DNA of 56,953 bases from a virus (lineage: Duplodnaviria > Caudoviricetes), in the IMG/VR virus record IMGVR_UViG_3300031746_000022, positions 1 to 56,953 of that record, one strand, 5' to 3'. A program made the translations under genes and the position numbers. Position 1 is the stretch's first letter, and each line of letters begins with the position of its first letter. Under the pieces are notes generated by a model. The model searched no databases, was not told where the DNA came from, and worked only from the letters and a program-made list of their open reading frames with translations. Of this stretch, positions 1-8,900 are shown one piece after another.

Positions 1-492
1 AAAATTTTTATATGGAGCATTTACTGCTATTTGATATAAAGACGTTTTAGTATAAAGAGTGCTTGGATCTGTGTAAGAAATATCAACCAAATAACTTCCA
101 ACTGCGACAGCGCCTGTTGGTAATACAAATTGATAATAATATAATCCTACATCTAATTTAACCATACGTGCTGGATATCCTGTAGCTAAATCAAGATCTG
201 GAAATACCAGTCGAGTTACTGTGGGGTAATGACTACTAGTAATATACCCATCTATATTGGCATTAACATATCCATCTATATTTTGAGATATAAAAGTATT
301 AACAACGGTATCAACAAGATAACCATCTATATATGCCGCAACGTATCCGTCGATGGCTCCAAATGCATAACCGTCGGACCCATTAAAATAACCATCTAAA
401 AATGTATTATCTGCTCGTTCGCCGTTAATATCTAATATTTCTAAAAATATAGTCGCAGTTTGACCGGGCGAATAAGATAAAGTTTGCAACAT
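1..492 (-). CDS. Virion structural protein with six DGY repeats (3' end outside window; absent from ORF track)
   Basis: ATG at 492; frame open to window edge: MLQTLSYSPGQTATIFLEILDINGERADNTFLDGYFNGSDGYAFGAIDGYVAAYIDGY...YQIAVNAPYKNF. Confidence 0.8.
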   Translation of the reverse strand, partial: MLQTLSYSPGQTATIFLEILDINGERADNTFLDGYFNGSDGYAFGAIDGYVAAYIDGYLVDTVVNTFISQNIDGYVNANIDGYITSSHYPTVTRLVFPDLDLATGYPARMVKLDVGLYYYQFVLPTGAVAVGSYLVDISYTDPSTLYTKTSLYQIAVNAPYKNF

Positions 493-518
493 ATCTAAAT
501 GCTTAATTATCACATATT

Positions 519-2351
519 TTAGTTAGCTGATTGTCCAGAATTTATTATTTTAATAGGTTTTATAGGTGTTGTTAATTTTGTTCCAGATTTTCCAATGGCG
601 GGCGAGGTCGTCACTTCAGGTATGGGTTCTGGTTCGGGAGGCGGCGGAACGATTGCTTGTATTAAAACTGGCACAATTGCGCTGGCGATTTGATTACCAG
701 ATCTCATAATAGCGGGATGAATGAATATTTCGGACGGTATAACAAGAGGAAGTTCTTCTGGCAATATAGGAATATTAGAGTCCGTTATTAATTTTGGTCG
801 TATCGGTTCGGCAAGCCCTATGCCGGAATCCATTAAATGCGGAGGATTAACTATTAACTTATCTCCTAAATAATTTACGATATAAGCATTTGTTATAGAT
901 ATTCCGTTTATGGTGGCTGAAATAGTAAGAAAACCATTAAGATTAGCCATCATATTTGCTTCGCCATTGGATATGGAGAATAATGGACCATTACCTCCTA
1001 ATAATCCAAACGCGGTTGCTGCAGAAGATATTTGTGCCGTAATGAATGCGTCACCAGTTATAGATGCATTTGAAATAGATGTATTCTCTACCGTTGCGCT
1101 TATATCAATGAAACCTGTTATTGATACCGATGTAGTTGCAGCATTTGTCACTTGAGCTGCAAGATCACCTATACCTACTAATGTTGCGCTAATGGTTGAA
1201 CTTCCAGATGATAATGATGATGTGCTTATACTTATAATAAACGAAGCGTCTGAGGTACCATTTATTGTGCTTGCGATGTCGCCTGTACCATAAACATTAG
1301 CTTCGATAGCAGAAGCGCTTGCAATAATACTTGCAACTGCGCCAGCGCCAAATAAATTAGCAGATACGGTTGATGATGATGTAACTATAGCGGTTGAAGC
1401 CGGTGTAGCGAGGACAGTTGATGTACCTGTGATCGTGCTTGCAATCGCTCCGGCTCCAAGAATATTTGCGGCGACAGTTGCGGTACCAGCAATTGAGCTG
1501 GAGAAAATTCCGTTGCCAAGAAGAGTCGCGGCAGTCGTAGCAGTTCCAGGAATGGTTGAAGCAAAAGAGCCAGATCCTAATAAGGCTGCGGCGACAGTTG
1601 TAACACCACTTATCGTAGCATTAATAGCATTGGTAAGATCGGCTGTAGTCGTAGAGATACCGGCGATAGTACTAGCAATGTTTCCAGTACCAAGAAGATT
1701 TTCTGTTGTAGTAGAAGTGCCAGCAATGGTGCTTGTGACAAGACCTCTGCCAAGTAAATTAGCGGTAGTCGTAGCTGCGGACGCGGACGTTGCCGATATT
1801 GCTCCAGCTCCCAAGGCAGCCGCAGTAATTGTTGATACTCCAGAAATAGTGCTAGTAATATTTCCGGTTGCAAGTAAGTTAGCGGTAATGGTCGCAGAAC
1901 TATTTATTGTAGCCGCAATACTTCCTGGATCAGCAACATCAGCAAGATCTGCTGTTATTATGGCTGATCCGGAAATTATACTTGTTATAGCGCCATTACC
2001 AAATAGATCGGCAGAGATAGAAGCCGCGCTCGCAATAGTACTTGCAAAGGTGCCGGAGCCAAGTAAATTGGCGGTTGTAGCGGATGCGTTAGCAACAACG
2101 CTTGCGACATCGCCTGCTCCCAATAAATTTGCGGAGGCTGTCGAAACGTTTGTAATTGTTGAGGCAACTGAACCAGATCCATTTATATTGGCGGTAATCG
2201 TAGATGAACCGGCGATGACACACGCCATCGCACCAGTACCTTTTATGCTGGTGGCATCAGAAGTAGCAATACCATTGATTGTAGCGCTTATTTGCGTTAC
2301 ATCATTATTAAGAAAGGTATATAAGCTAAACGAACCAAGACCACCCGGCAT
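519..2351 (-). CDS. Ala/Ser/Thr/Gly-rich fibre-like protein with ~20-aa repeats and a Pro-rich C-terminus
   Basis: Repeats GSGSVASTITNVSTASANLL / GAGDVASVVANASATTANLL / GSGTFASTIASAASISADLF; AGGAG RBS; structural context. Confidence 0.75.
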   Translation of the reverse strand: MPGGLGSFSLYTFLNNDVTQISATINGIATSDATSIKGTGAMACVIAGSSTITANINGSGSVASTITNVSTASANLLGAGDVASVVANASATTANLLGSGTFASTIASAASISADLFGNGAITSIISGSAIITADLADVADPGSIAATINSSATITANLLATGNITSTISGVSTITAAALGAGAISATSASAATTTANLLGRGLVTSTIAGTSTTTENLLGTGNIASTIAGISTTTADLTNAINATISGVTTVAAALLGSGSFASTIPGTATTAATLLGNGIFSSSIAGTATVAANILGAGAIASTITGTSTVLATPASTAIVTSSSTVSANLFGAGAVASIIASASAIEANVYGTGDIASTINGTSDASFIISISTSSLSSGSSTISATLVGIGDLAAQVTNAATTSVSITGFIDISATVENTSISNASITGDAFITAQISSAATAFGLLGGNGPLFSISNGEANMMANLNGFLTISATINGISITNAYIVNYLGDKLIVNPPHLMDSGIGLAEPIRPKLITDSNIPILPEELPLVIPSEIFIHPAIMRSGNQIASAIVPVLIQAIVPPPPEPEPIPEVTTSPAIGKSGTKLTTPIKPIKIINSGQSAN

Positions 2352-2401
2352 ACTACTCCTTTATTATTGTTTAAGAAGCCAATCGTACCCCAGGCATCTC
2401 C

Positions 2402-3061
2402 TTACTCTAAATCCAATTCTATTTCATTCCAACAAGCATATGGCGTAAATAATGGTGCTGTTCCAATAGCATAAACAACTATTCCTAATCCCTGTCCTGG
2501 TGGTAATATAATACGACCCCTTACATCATAATTAATTGCTGCACAATTAAGTGCGGTTATATTTGCTCCATCAAATTGAGCAACCTGAAACCACCTAGCA
2601 TTAGTTGCTGGAGTTGTAATTGCAGCGCCGGTCTTAACGATAGCCTTACTATTAGGTCCGCCATTTGATGCATTTGTAACGACCATACCTGCATTATTTG
2701 CTCCGGTTAAAGCTGGAGATTGAAAAATACATGCCGCAACAGTAAATCCACGAGAGGCTGTTAAGACTCCGGAAACAAGAACGGCTCCAAGATGATCGAA
2801 CACATAAGATTTGGTTGCATCGCCATTCCATATTGTCCAATTTGGAGTTAAAACTGCCAAAGCTCCAAGAGGAGCTAATCCGGTAACTGCCGCGTTGCGT
2901 CCTAAAAAGAATCTTTTTCCTGCTCGGGTCATTTCTGTACCTTCAGATTCAACGCAAGTCACAGCTAAACTTTCAAGTCCAGTAGCTCTGATATTGATTG
3001 CAGATAATCCAGATTTACCAATTATAAACCTGCGAACTTTTGCTAAAATTTCCATTCCCAT
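2402..3061 (-). CDS. Tandem paralog 4 of 4, putative virion fibre/appendage subunit
   Basis: Shares AKxRRF...RAT.xESLA N-terminus and WxExxLDLE C-terminus with three neighbours. Confidence 0.75.
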   Translation of the reverse strand: MGMEILAKVRRFIIGKSGLSAINIRATGLESLAVTCVESEGTEMTRAGKRFFLGRNAAVTGLAPLGALAVLTPNWTIWNGDATKSYVFDHLGAVLVSGVLTASRGFTVAACIFQSPALTGANNAGMVVTNASNGGPNSKAIVKTGAAITTPATNARWFQVAQFDGANITALNCAAINYDVRGRIILPPGQGLGIVVYAIGTAPLFTPYACWNEIELDLE

Positions 3062-3072
3062 AGTTTATTCCT

Positions 3073-3738
3073 TTATTCTAAATCTAGATCCAATTCGGAC
3101 CACATTGCTACTGGTGTAAATAATGGAGTTGCCGTTGGCGTTGCATAAACAACTATTCCAAGACCTTGACCTGGTGGAACGATTATGCGACCTCTAAGAT
3201 CATAATTGATACAAGCGATTGTAAAAGCAACCGTATTTGTAGTTTCACTTCTAGCAACTGTAAACCAAGTTGGAGCGGCTGGAGTCGTAATAGTTACGCC
3301 AGTTTTAATTATTGCTTTGCTTGTATAACTTCCGGCGGAACAACTTTGCACGACCGTGCCTGCAACGCTTGGAGCACCAACTTGTGCGGGCGCCTGAAAG
3401 ATGCAGGCATCTACTATAATACCACCAGGAGCCGTTAAAGCGCCGGTACTTGTCATTATAGCTCCGATATGATCAAAAACATATGATCTGCTCGTATCAT
3501 TATTCCAAATAACCCACTGTGGCGCAGTTGTTACTTGAGTTGCTGTAGAAACAATTCCGGTCGTCGCGGCATTTTGTCCTAAAAAGAATCTTCTTCCAGC
3601 TCTAGTTATTTCTGTATGCTCTGGTTCAACGACCGCGATAGCAAGACTTTCTGTACCGGTTGCACGAAGTGAAGTTAAAGATAGTCCGGCTTTGCTTATC
3701 ACAAATCTCCGAACTTTTGCTAACATTTCTATTGCCAT
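3073..3738 (-). CDS. Tandem paralog 3 of 4, putative virion fibre/appendage subunit
   Basis: Same conserved termini (MAIEMLAKVRRF...WSELDLDLE). Confidence 0.75.
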   Translation of the reverse strand: MAIEMLAKVRRFVISKAGLSLTSLRATGTESLAIAVVEPEHTEITRAGRRFFLGQNAATTGIVSTATQVTTAPQWVIWNNDTSRSYVFDHIGAIMTSTGALTAPGGIIVDACIFQAPAQVGAPSVAGTVVQSCSAGSYTSKAIIKTGVTITTPAAPTWFTVARSETTNTVAFTIACINYDLRGRIIVPPGQGLGIVVYATPTATPLFTPVAMWSELDLDLE

Positions 3739-3741
3739 TGA

Positions 3742-4419
3742 TTACTCCAAATCCAATTCTATTTCTTGCCAGACTGCATGTGGAACAAATAATGGAGTAC
3801 CAGTCGCAGTAGTATAAACATTAATTGCAAGCCCCCATTGAGGAGGAAGAATTAAACATCCCTCCAAATCTTCATTTATAGCGGCAATAGTTGGATTTGT
3901 GGTAACGCCAATATTAGCCCCATCACTCTTGGTGACGGTATAATAAACTGGCGCTGCGGGAGTAGTTATTGTCAATGCTGTAGCTTGTGATTGTACAATT
4001 GCTTTGCTTGCCGGACCACCATTTGACAATGATGTAACTACCATATTTGCTGTATTAGCTCCAACACGAGCGGGCGCTTGAAAAAATGCAGCCTGAACTA
4101 TAATTCCAGATCCTGCCGTAAGAACGCCTGAAGTAATCATTGCTCCAAGCTCAGAAAAAACATATGCTTTTGATGAATCATTATTCCAAATTGACCATTG
4201 TGGCACCGTAGTAACTTGGGCAACAACAGAAACGCGTCCGGTGGTCGCTCCGGCAACAGATACGGTATAGCTTCTTCCGGCTCTAGTAATTTCACTATGA
4301 TATAGATCTACTTGCGCGACAGCTAAACTTTCTGCTCCAGTTGCACGAGCAACGATTGGTGACATTCCGGCTTTACCTGCCACGAAACGTCTAATTTTTG
4401 CGATTATTTCTACGCCCAT
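3742..4419 (-). CDS. Tandem paralog 2 of 4, putative virion fibre/appendage subunit
   Basis: Same conserved termini (MGVEIIAKIRRF...WQEIELDLE). Confidence 0.75.
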   Translation of the reverse strand: MGVEIIAKIRRFVAGKAGMSPIVARATGAESLAVAQVDLYHSEITRAGRSYTVSVAGATTGRVSVVAQVTTVPQWSIWNNDSSKAYVFSELGAMITSGVLTAGSGIIVQAAFFQAPARVGANTANMVVTSLSNGGPASKAIVQSQATALTITTPAAPVYYTVTKSDGANIGVTTNPTIAAINEDLEGCLILPPQWGLAINVYTTATGTPLFVPHAVWQEIELDLE

Positions 4420-4423
4420 TGTA

Positions 4424-5077
4424 TTACTCCAAATCCAATTCTATTTCATTCCAACAAGCGGTTGGAGCGAATAATGGAGATGTGCCAGTTCCTGAATATA
4501 CGGCTAAGCCTAATCCTTGTCCTGGTGGAATGACGATACGACCTCTAAGATCATAGTTTGCCATAGAAACTGAAAGTGCTGCGGTGTTAGTAGAATCTGT
4601 TTTGGCTACCGTAAACCATACCGGAGCCGTAGGTCCAGTTATGGTAACGTTCGTTGTAACGATGGCGCGGCTCGAAGGTCCTCCGTTAGAGGCAGATGCC
4701 ACGCTCATGCCCGTCGCGCTCGACCCAGAACTTACTGGAGCTTGAAATAGGCAGGCATCAAGTATCGCGCCGGCAGCTGCCACTCCTGAAACGAGAACGG
4801 CTCCAAGATGGTCAATGACATATGATTTATTTGAATCGGCATTCCAAATAACCCATTGAGCGGCAGTTGTTACTTGAGCGGCAACAGGGGCAATTCCAGT
4901 GACAGCCGCATTTCTTCCTAAAAAGAATCGTCTTCCAGCACGAGTCATTTCTGTGCCCTCAGATTCTACCATAGCAACGGCAAGACTTTCTGTTGCGGTA
5001 GCACGAACTGTAATTGGAGATACTCCCGCTTTGCCAACAACAAAACGACGTATCTTTGCGATCATTTCCATTCCCAT
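4424..5077 (-). CDS. Tandem paralog 1 of 4, putative virion fibre/appendage subunit
   Basis: Same conserved termini (MGMEMIAKIRRF...WNEIELDLE); AGGAG RBS. Confidence 0.75.
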   Translation of the reverse strand: MGMEMIAKIRRFVVGKAGVSPITVRATATESLAVAMVESEGTEMTRAGRRFFLGRNAAVTGIAPVAAQVTTAAQWVIWNADSNKSYVIDHLGAVLVSGVAAAGAILDACLFQAPVSSGSSATGMSVASASNGGPSSRAIVTTNVTITGPTAPVWFTVAKTDSTNTAALSVSMANYDLRGRIVIPPGQGLGLAVYSGTGTSPLFAPTACWNEIELDLE

Positions 5078-5092
5078 AGTATTCTCCTAAGA

Positions 5093-5383
5093 TTACGAAT
5101 CTTCTAATTCGTCTAAGTCGTCTTCATTAACTGTATTATCTAATGCCATCAAGATCATTACTAAAATCTTATTTTGTTTAACAAACAGTTCTTCAAGTCT
5201 TTGAGCATAAACTGGAAATGGATTTTCTTGAGAAACCGGACCATCAGATCTGTCAAGCGAACCAATATATATTTTGGAAACTGGAACTTTAGTTCCACCA
5301 CCAACGCCCTGACCGGTGCGAATATCTTCATCTTGAATAAGATCGCCGCCGATACCGGTATTTAATCTAGTTCCGTCAGCCAT
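5093..5383 (-). CDS. Small structural/adaptor protein heading the paralog operon
   Basis: GGAGAGG RBS; MADGT..GGD.I..EDI...VS.ENPFPV resembles N-termini of phage fibre proteins. Confidence 0.65.
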   Translation of the reverse strand: MADGTRLNTGIGGDLIQDEDIRTGQGVGGGTKVPVSKIYIGSLDRSDGPVSQENPFPVYAQRLEELFVKQNKILVMILMALDNTVNEDDLDELEDS

Positions 5384-5439
5384 TACCTCTCCATTAGATT
5401 ACAAGATAATAGCAAAATATTCACCGAATATTACTAATT

Positions 5440-5712
5440 TTAGAGCTGTATTTTAAATTCTAAATTATCAGATTCATCACAATTATCACGAGCACAATAA
5501 ACGAAGACAAGCTTTGTTATCTCATCTTGCATTCTGATAATTGACACGGTTTTACTTTTTTTAATTTCTTTATGAGGCGGCGGAGTCTCTAAATGTGCCC
5601 AAATAACTTTAGCCATATTAATAAAGGCGGTTATACCTTCCATTTTATCTTGAAATTTAAGAGAGGTGACAGCTGTTTTACGTCTAGGTCCTGACATAAC
5701 GTGATAATGCAT
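5440..5712 (-). CDS. Hypothetical protein
   Basis: 90-aa ORF on operon strand filling the gap. Confidence 0.55.
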   Translation of the reverse strand: MHYHVMSGPRRKTAVTSLKFQDKMEGITAFINMAKVIWAHLETPPPHKEIKKSKTVSIIRMQDEITKLVFVYCARDNCDESDNLEFKIQL

Positions 5713-5722
5713 AATGATCTCT

Positions 5723-5848
5723 TTATGATTTAGTTATCATTCGTTTAACGGTCGGTGCCGAACAATTATATTTTAATGCTATTGTTTGCATAGATACGCC
5801 TTGTCTAGCTAACTCTTTCCAAAATTTTAATATATCGGCTAAGTATAT
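5723..5848 (-). pseudogene. Helix-turn-helix remnant, probably the C-terminus of a lost homing endonuclease
   Basis: Startless frame ...WKELARQGVSMQTIALKYNCSAPTVKRMITKS* with HTH pattern. Confidence 0.45.
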
Positions 5849-5858
5849 GATATTGCTG

Positions 5859-6311
5859 TTAATCTTCCGTGAAGGCAAGTTGATTTATAGCAAATGATGG
5901 CGTAATATTCGCGCTAACAATCAACTGGCTCGATAAAGCTCCAGAATAAAGTAATTTACCGGCTCCGCCAGATGAATCTGTTCCTGCTCCAACATACGTT
6001 ATTGTGGCTCCTGTAATGCCACATTGTGCGAATGTGACGGCAGCAGCATTAGCCGCTTGGGTTGGAGCGGTACCTGAAATAGTCCAACCGGCGCCAGAAC
6101 GAGCCACTCCAACACGAACATAATTGGTATAAGCCGTTTCGCTAGTTGTTTGAATGCCAGTTTCACCCGGATCGGCAGTATGCAAACTAATAAAAATGGA
6201 ACCTGCGGTAGTAGTTGCTCTTAAGCCTGCCGCATCTCCGATTAATGTGGATGCTGTGTTATTAAATACTAATAAAAGTAAATCTGATTCCCAGGTATTG
6301 GTTTTAGACAT
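5859..6311 (-). CDS. Phage tail-fibre-associated minor structural protein
   Basis: Widespread phage family pattern SLHTADPGE.G.QTTSE..YT.Y.R..VARS...LLYSGAL. Confidence 0.75.
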   Translation of the reverse strand: MSKTNTWESDLLLLVFNNTASTLIGDAAGLRATTTAGSIFISLHTADPGETGIQTTSETAYTNYVRVGVARSGAGWTISGTAPTQAANAAAVTFAQCGITGATITYVGAGTDSSGGAGKLLYSGALSSQLIVSANITPSFAINQLAFTED

Positions 6312-6445
6312 TAGTGCTCCATCAATCTTCTATGATATACAATTATATGATAGAATCGCTGCAAAAATCAAAATTTACTGTAATTTTATCATATTATGAT
6401 ATAATTTGAGAGGTAAGAAATATTTATTTCTAAATTATTAATAAT

Positions 6446-6835
6446 ATGACAAAATCAAGATTTTCTGAACAATTTTGGATATCTAATATATCTAATATGA
6501 ACGTTAGCCTAACAGATTTGGGGCTAACTATACCTGCTCATAAAACTGTAAATTTATTAGATAAAAGACACTATTCATTTAGTAAAGACGAATTGATTCT
6601 CTCCGCTACTTCTGGCTCACTTTTTAAGAAAAATAGTAAATTAAAGGTAAGAAAAGTTCCACCCATTATAGAAAGAAGACAAATAATAGAAGTGGATTTT
6701 AATGCGGTCGTACCTTCTCGAAGACGTTCTATTGTGCAAATAGAAAATATACGCTATGAAGAATTAGATTTATCTGATGATTTATTTGCCGAACAATCGG
6801 CTGACTTAACTGATGAAAATTATCCACCCAAATAA
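6446..6835 (+). CDS. Hypothetical protein
   Basis: 129-aa ORF opening a short plus-strand unit. Confidence 0.7.
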   Translation: MTKSRFSEQFWISNISNMNVSLTDLGLTIPAHKTVNLLDKRHYSFSKDELILSATSGSLFKKNSKLKVRKVPPIIERRQIIEVDFNAVVPSRRRSIVQIENIRYEELDLSDDLFAEQSADLTDENYPPK

Positions 6836-6844
6836 GGTAAAGTG

Positions 6845-7006
6845 ATGACACAAGCTAAAGTAACAGAAGAAATATCGAATACTGATGAGCCTGATGTGGA
6901 GGTTCCAGAACAGCTGCTCAAGGACTATCAGGAATTAAATAAAAAACTTGAACAAACAATTATTAAAATTCATAAACGAAAAGCGCTCGTTAAACTTGTA
7001 AAATAA
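6845..7006 (+). CDS. Small coiled-coil hypothetical protein (53 aa, not in ORF track)
   Basis: AAGGT RBS; MTQAKVTEEISNTDEPDVEVPEQLLKDYQELNKKLEQTIIKIHKRKALVKLVK*. Confidence 0.6.
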   Translation: MTQAKVTEEISNTDEPDVEVPEQLLKDYQELNKKLEQTIIKIHKRKALVKLVK

Positions 7007-7011
7007 TCCTT

Positions 7012-7281
7012 ATGGCTACTGATAAAAATAAAGATTACGATACATCGTCTGCTAAACTTACATCAGCAGATTTGCAAGCTATTTTAGAAGTAAATAAAAA
7101 GGCTATTGAAATTCACCTTGAAGTTGAAAAACAATATGAAGAAATTTTAGAGCATCTCGTTCATTGTAAAACTAAAATAGATGAGATAGATAGGTATCTC
7201 TTTAAATTAGTAATTGCCTTAAGCAGTATTGGTATCAGCGCAATAGTTGGTATTATACAGTTATTTTTAAGTCATAAATAA
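7012..7281 (+). CDS. Small membrane protein (coiled coil plus C-terminal TM helix; holin-like size)
   Basis: Hydrophobic C-terminus LFKLVIALSSIGISAIVGIIQLFL. Confidence 0.65.
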   Translation: MATDKNKDYDTSSAKLTSADLQAILEVNKKAIEIHLEVEKQYEEILEHLVHCKTKIDEIDRYLFKLVIALSSIGISAIVGIIQLFLSHK

Positions 7282-7524
7282 TTATTTTTGTTGCTCTAAA
7301 ACTTTAACATTAGTGGCTTTTGGCTGCCCCTTATGATTGGTGCCAATTTCAAAAGATACTACTTGCCCCTTATGTAACATTTTAAAGCCTTCCATACTTA
7401 AATCTGAATAGTGGCAAAAAAGATCAACTTGTTTGATATCATCTTTACTCCAATCAATAAAGCCTATTCCCAGCTTGTTGAACCATATCACTATACCCTG
7501 ATACACTTTTTTATTATCTTCCAT
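7282..7524 (-). CDS. Cold-shock domain protein
   Basis: GIVIWFN..GIGFI (RNP1), LFCHYS (RNP2), GFKML..GQ.VSF, KGQPKATNV. Confidence 0.9.
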   Translation of the reverse strand: MEDNKKVYQGIVIWFNKLGIGFIDWSKDDIKQVDLFCHYSDLSMEGFKMLHKGQVVSFEIGTNHKGQPKATNVKVLEQQK

Positions 7525-7525
7525 T

Positions 7526-8260
7526 TTATTTATTTCCTTTTAATAAATTTGCTTTTGATGAAAGTGGTTGTAAATTACTTAACTTCCAACATTCTATAAA
7601 TTTAGAATCACTCATAGAGTTATATATAAATCTTGATTGTGGTATAATATGATCTAACTGCCAAGTCCAAGTGGCCGGCTCGCTATCATTCCATTTATGA
7701 AGTCTATATGACCCGTAATTATCCCAATTCATCCACGGCTCAAATAATAATTCTAAATGTTTACATAATTCAATAAAAGAATATGGCAAATATCTAAAAA
7801 TAGATTGATTATTTTTTCTTGCGCCATTTTTATGTAATGCTTTATTAATCCCGCCAGATATTTGATTTCGTAACCTAAATACAGGATCTATTATATATCT
7901 ATTAGCAGCATATTTATTATTATTTTCTATAATAATTTCTTTATTATTAATATACCATTGTTGAGATTGCTGACTTTTCTTATCTTTATTAAGAATATAA
8001 TATTCTTTATCATATTCTTTTTTATGAATTGTATTTTTAATATACCAAGATTTGGCTCTTTCTAAATTTGGGAGTGGATTATTTTTATAATTTTTTTTTG
8101 TTTTATTTAAAATTTCTTGTCGATGTAATATATAATATTGTTTTTTGTATTCTTTAATACAAGGCTTACATCTATTCATTTTACCATCTTTTGATGATTT
8201 ATCGCAACTAAATTGAATAATTAATTTTTCTTGCTGACAAGAGCTGCAAATCTTACTCAT
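7526..8260 (-). CDS. HNH homing endonuclease
   Basis: CxxC...CxxC, K/Y-rich helical linker, HLE..F..WMNWDNYG, WQLDHIIP...NLQPL...NL.KGNK. Confidence 0.85.
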   Translation of the reverse strand: MSKICSSCQQEKLIIQFSCDKSSKDGKMNRCKPCIKEYKKQYYILHRQEILNKTKKNYKNNPLPNLERAKSWYIKNTIHKKEYDKEYYILNKDKKSQQSQQWYINNKEIIIENNNKYAANRYIIDPVFRLRNQISGGINKALHKNGARKNNQSIFRYLPYSFIELCKHLELLFEPWMNWDNYGSYRLHKWNDSEPATWTWQLDHIIPQSRFIYNSMSDSKFIECWKLSNLQPLSSKANLLKGNK

Positions 8261-8270
8261 TCTCTTACCT

Positions 8271-8507
8271 TTATTTTATTATTTTATTACCAACAATTAA
8301 TTCACCAGGATCACTACTTAATAAGCGATGTATTTCTATATTACCCATTACACTAATAGCTTGTAATTCTTGCACATTGGTGCAATTATTCATTAATTTA
8401 TCATATTTAGCAAATAGCTCTATGACATCACCCTCGCAGCCTAAACTACGGGCGATTTCTAACATATTTTTACGCGTTTCGTATTCTGATAAAATTTTCT
8501 TTGACAT
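8271..8507 (-). CDS. Hypothetical protein
   Basis: 78-aa ORF downstream of a TGATATATA motif. Confidence 0.65.
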   Translation of the reverse strand: MSKKILSEYETRKNMLEIARSLGCEGDVIELFAKYDKLMNNCTNVQELQAISVMGNIEIHRLLSSDPGELIVGNKIIK

Positions 8508-8549
8508 TCTTACCCTATATCTTATATATCACCGAATTGTATTTTATTA

Positions 8550-8873
8550 TTAACGTATTTGCCAGGCTCTAACAGAAACTACCGCAGAGCTAGAACCTAC
8601 TTTAAGCCAAATTTTAGATAACACCCTATTTAAATAAGTCACTTGGGATAGTCCAATTGCTGTGGAAAGCTCTTCATGAACGTTAAATCCATCATAACTT
8701 AATTGAACAGCTACAGAAGGACCTTCATTAATTATGATAAGTCCATATGTAGAAAATGGAATTAAAATATCTTGACGATAACCGTCATTTGGATTTCCAA
8801 ATGCAGTACTAGATACTGTAACTTTTTTATAAAAATCTGGGGGCAATTGATTAGTAATGCGATAATCTACCAT
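8550..8873 (-). CDS. Small beta-rich structural protein
   Basis: 107-aa ORF with alternating beta pattern and a DGY motif. Confidence 0.65.
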   Translation of the reverse strand: MVDYRITNQLPPDFYKKVTVSSTAFGNPNDGYRQDILIPFSTYGLIIINEGPSVAVQLSYDGFNVHEELSTAIGLSQVTYLNRVLSKIWLKVGSSSAVVSVRAWQIR

Positions 8874-8900
8874 TTAACTCTCAAAATCTATACGAAAATA

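Noticed and set aside
2371-2397. Mini-ORF MPGVRLAS echoing the MPGG start of the next gene
   Set aside because: GGAG abuts the ATG with no spacing; 8 codons; at most a relic.
910-2448. Long plus-strand ORFs (1429..2448, 910..1155) and similar antisense ORFs across the window
   Set aside because: Shadows of minus-strand genes with biased codons; no RBS or motifs.
2402-5077. Diversity-generating retroelement or invertible shufflon
   Set aside because: No reverse transcriptase or recombinase in the window, no adenine-specific template/variable pair seen, all copies co-oriented.
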